DNA of 64,000 bases from NCBI GenBank assembly GCA_051294905.1, contig CM119372.1:36148001-36212000 (forward strand), written 5' to 3'. The notes beneath the pieces are model-generated. The model did not search any database and was not told where the DNA came from. It worked only from the letters and a program-made list of their open reading frames with translations. Made by a program: the position numbers and the translations under genes. This DNA is from Botryllus schlosseri (Eukaryota). Positions 62,015 to 64,000 of this stretch are shown here, one piece after another. The number at the start of each line of letters is the position of its first letter. Within the stretch, counting starts at the first letter, position 1.

Positions 62015-63769
62015 ATTTCAATATGAATATACTATTCAATTGTATATTGAAGTTCTGTACCTCCAAGAAGCTCTTCTTATATCAATGATGTTAGCAAGGT
62101 CTCCTCTCTGAAAACCGTACTATTCGCTGTTGATGCCTGTTTTTCCGCATCCTCAACATCCTTGCAGAACTTGCAAGAATTGACATCTAATGAAATGACA
62201 AAGATCTGTAATTGGATGAGAAATAACCAACTTTCCATCAACCCCAGTAAAACCCAACTTCACTTATTTAATAATTCCAATTCGCTGAAAACCAATCCAT
62301 TTTCTGTAAGAATCAATCAAACCATCATTAACCCAGCTGATCACGTTCGGTATCTTGGAATTCTTGTCGATTCGAAATTGTCATGGAAACCTCATATCGA
62401 CTCAGTCACCTCTAAATTGTCAAGTGCTGCGGGCATGCTACAACGATTAAAATATCTAATGCCCCAAAAAGTACTGTGTGCAGTGTATTTTGCTATTTTT
62501 CAATCTCAGCTTCAATATGCAATAAATATATGGGGACATACAAATGCAACAAACCTTACAAAAATCAGAACTCTCCAGAATCAGGCTCTTCGTGTCATTA
62601 GTAAATTACCTCCCAGGCGACGAATTCTCCCGGAATATCGAAGACATGGTATAGTCAGAGTTGCCGACCTAATTCAGAATGAGACGGCAAAGATGATGCA
62701 CACCATCTTCCACACAAACAGGTCATACTTTAATTCTCATTTTACGGAAACGCATGGTTAGGAAACTAGACAGTATCGAGAAATTCTATTTCGCTGCCTC
62801 TCCTGTCCCGATCTTCAACCCGCAATAGCTTACATTTTGTCGGTGCGAAAACTTGGAATGAACTCCCTAGAGCTGATACCAATACCTCCATGACAGTTTT
62901 AAAAACAATATAAAAATTATCTACTCCAAACGTACTGTTGATTTTTTTTCTTTTTTTTATACAATGCTTGTTCTAAATTTATCCTTTATCACAACTTTAT
63001 TAAAGCTTAATATCGTGTCGTTATTCATATATTTACTGAATGTTGACTCTACGTCAGGGGTGGGCAATTATTTTCCTCCGCGGGCCAAATGAGAAGTACA
63101 AATACGTTGGCGGGCCGAGTGAAATTTTTTAGCTATACTCCCCAGCGTATTTTAATTCCATTTCTAAATTACATTGTTAATAAATGCCGCTCTGTGAATA
63201 ATGTGTGGATGTTAGGTAATTAGAAAGTGACAATTAATTTAAAAATATCTATTTGCCGTCAGGATTCGAAACAATGTTAAACATGATACATTTTTAACTC
63301 TCTTTAAACCCCTATCGCCATATCCACGTTCTTCAATTAAGACTCTAAAACAGTGGTTCTCAAACTTTTTTAGGCACCTCTACCTTTATGATAGTGAAAA
63401 TTTTCGCACCCCCCTTATCATGATATCACAAAATATTAAAAAGTGCAACCCAAATCCTAGCAATCCCATGGTGGCATGGAAGGTTATGGCTATCGATGAG
63501 AGAATTCTGAAATATTAAAGTCGGACAATACACAGAGCAATAAGTATAAGCTTGGGGTAAATCGCGCGAAGCGCAAAAATTTTTTTCATGAAACTTAGAC
63601 TTCGCACCCCTCCCCCACTTCGGATGGTCTCGCGCCCCCTAATTCGGGAACCACAGCATCGAAATTTTTATGCAATAGTACAAAGCTTATTTTCTTGGTT
63701 GCTGCCTTTCGAGCAGTGTGAACTGTGCAGCTTAAATAGCCTTGATGTTGATCGAAGCTTGCATTTTTT

Positions 63770-64000
63770 TAACTTCGTCGCCCTCCCTTGACCGAGTGTT
63801 TCCTGTTTTTGTCATATGACCGACTTTGAATAAAATCTTTAATCTCGGTGACATGCTCGGCAAAAACTAAAAGGAGAGGTTTACACCTGACTCCAGTATA
63901 CAAATATTTAGTGCTCTGAAGTCTTAACCTGCTTTGAATTTCAGTTTTCGGCTTTTTTTTTGGCATGCCCGGTAATGGGTGTTCGATATGGTCAGCCATT
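63770..64000 (-). mobile_element. Probable Charlie-type hAT transposase remnant running off the window
   Basis: YLYTGVRC...TEIKDFI resembles LxHTxVRW...EIxxFL. A Charlie-type TIR (caggggtgggcaa) lies at 63056. Confidence 0.45.

Larger units (their letters stand above)
60010..62076 (-). mobile_element. Penelope-like retroelement (5'-truncated RT + C-terminal GIY-YIG endonuclease) with inverted pseudo-LTRs
   Basis: RT motifs LYGLPKTHK, RPILS, SFDISSLFTNVP, GLAMGSPLGP, RYVDD. GIY-YIG NVVYEYRCHCDCGYVGRT..RL..RINQH. 61675-62076 (+) is an inverted copy of the 3' end at 60007-60370. 12-bp TSD ttatatcaatga at 59998-60009 and 62077-62088. Confidence 0.95.
59191..63000 (+). mobile_element. 5'-truncated, decayed non-LTR retrotransposon (CR1/L2-group RT), split by the Penelope insertion
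   Basis: Remnant frames give NCFNNYFTSIG, GNYRPIS, EQFGF, FLDISKAFDSVNH, GVPQGSVLGPLLFLIYIND (rejoined across the TSD), LFAVD (mutated FADD), RYLGILVDSKLSWKPHI. Ends approximate. Confidence 0.9.

Noticed and set aside
1..64000. Remaining short ORFs (60-165 aa) and any prokaryotic-type system (operon, CRISPR, defence island)
   Set aside because: Low coding density, ORFs overlap repeats or are antisense to real genes, and there are no recognizable domains. The sequence is eukaryotic.

Overview
AT-rich eukaryotic (animal) genomic DNA. The receptor family and repeat content are most suggestive of an ascidian/tunicate; this is an inference and was not verified. The only convincing host genes are four intact single-coding-exon paralogues of an orphan seven-transmembrane protein family (1979-2953 -, 14460-15386 -, 25246-26271 +, 50668-51591 +). 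There are also a clear 5' gene fragment (about 23383-23524) and a probable decayed copy (about 16230-17905). The proteins share W-x-R-Q-x-x-x-Y, L-x-H-L-S-N, I-Q-x-P-x4-x-x-Y-P-L, C-x-x-S-D and N-L-I-x-x-D-W-x-x-R-L-x-P motifs and lack DRY/NPxxY. They have a hypervariable ECL1, an almost absent ECL2 and a Cys/His-rich ICL1, and they sit in tandemly duplicated flanks, a birth-and-death pattern typical of chemoreceptor arrays. The rest is a dense field of transposons: many hAT MITEs with 8-bp TSDs, Kolobok-, pogo-, P-like and Chapaev3 elements in multi-level nests, a tRNA-type SINE (4 copies) and CR1/L2-group LINE fragments. A Penelope-like element (RT + GIY-YIG) with inverted pseudo-LTRs is inserted into a LINE with a 12-bp TSD. 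Each of the three pseudo-LTR copies in the window carries an identical minimal type I hammerhead ribozyme motif with a predicted 7-bp loop-II pseudoknot.
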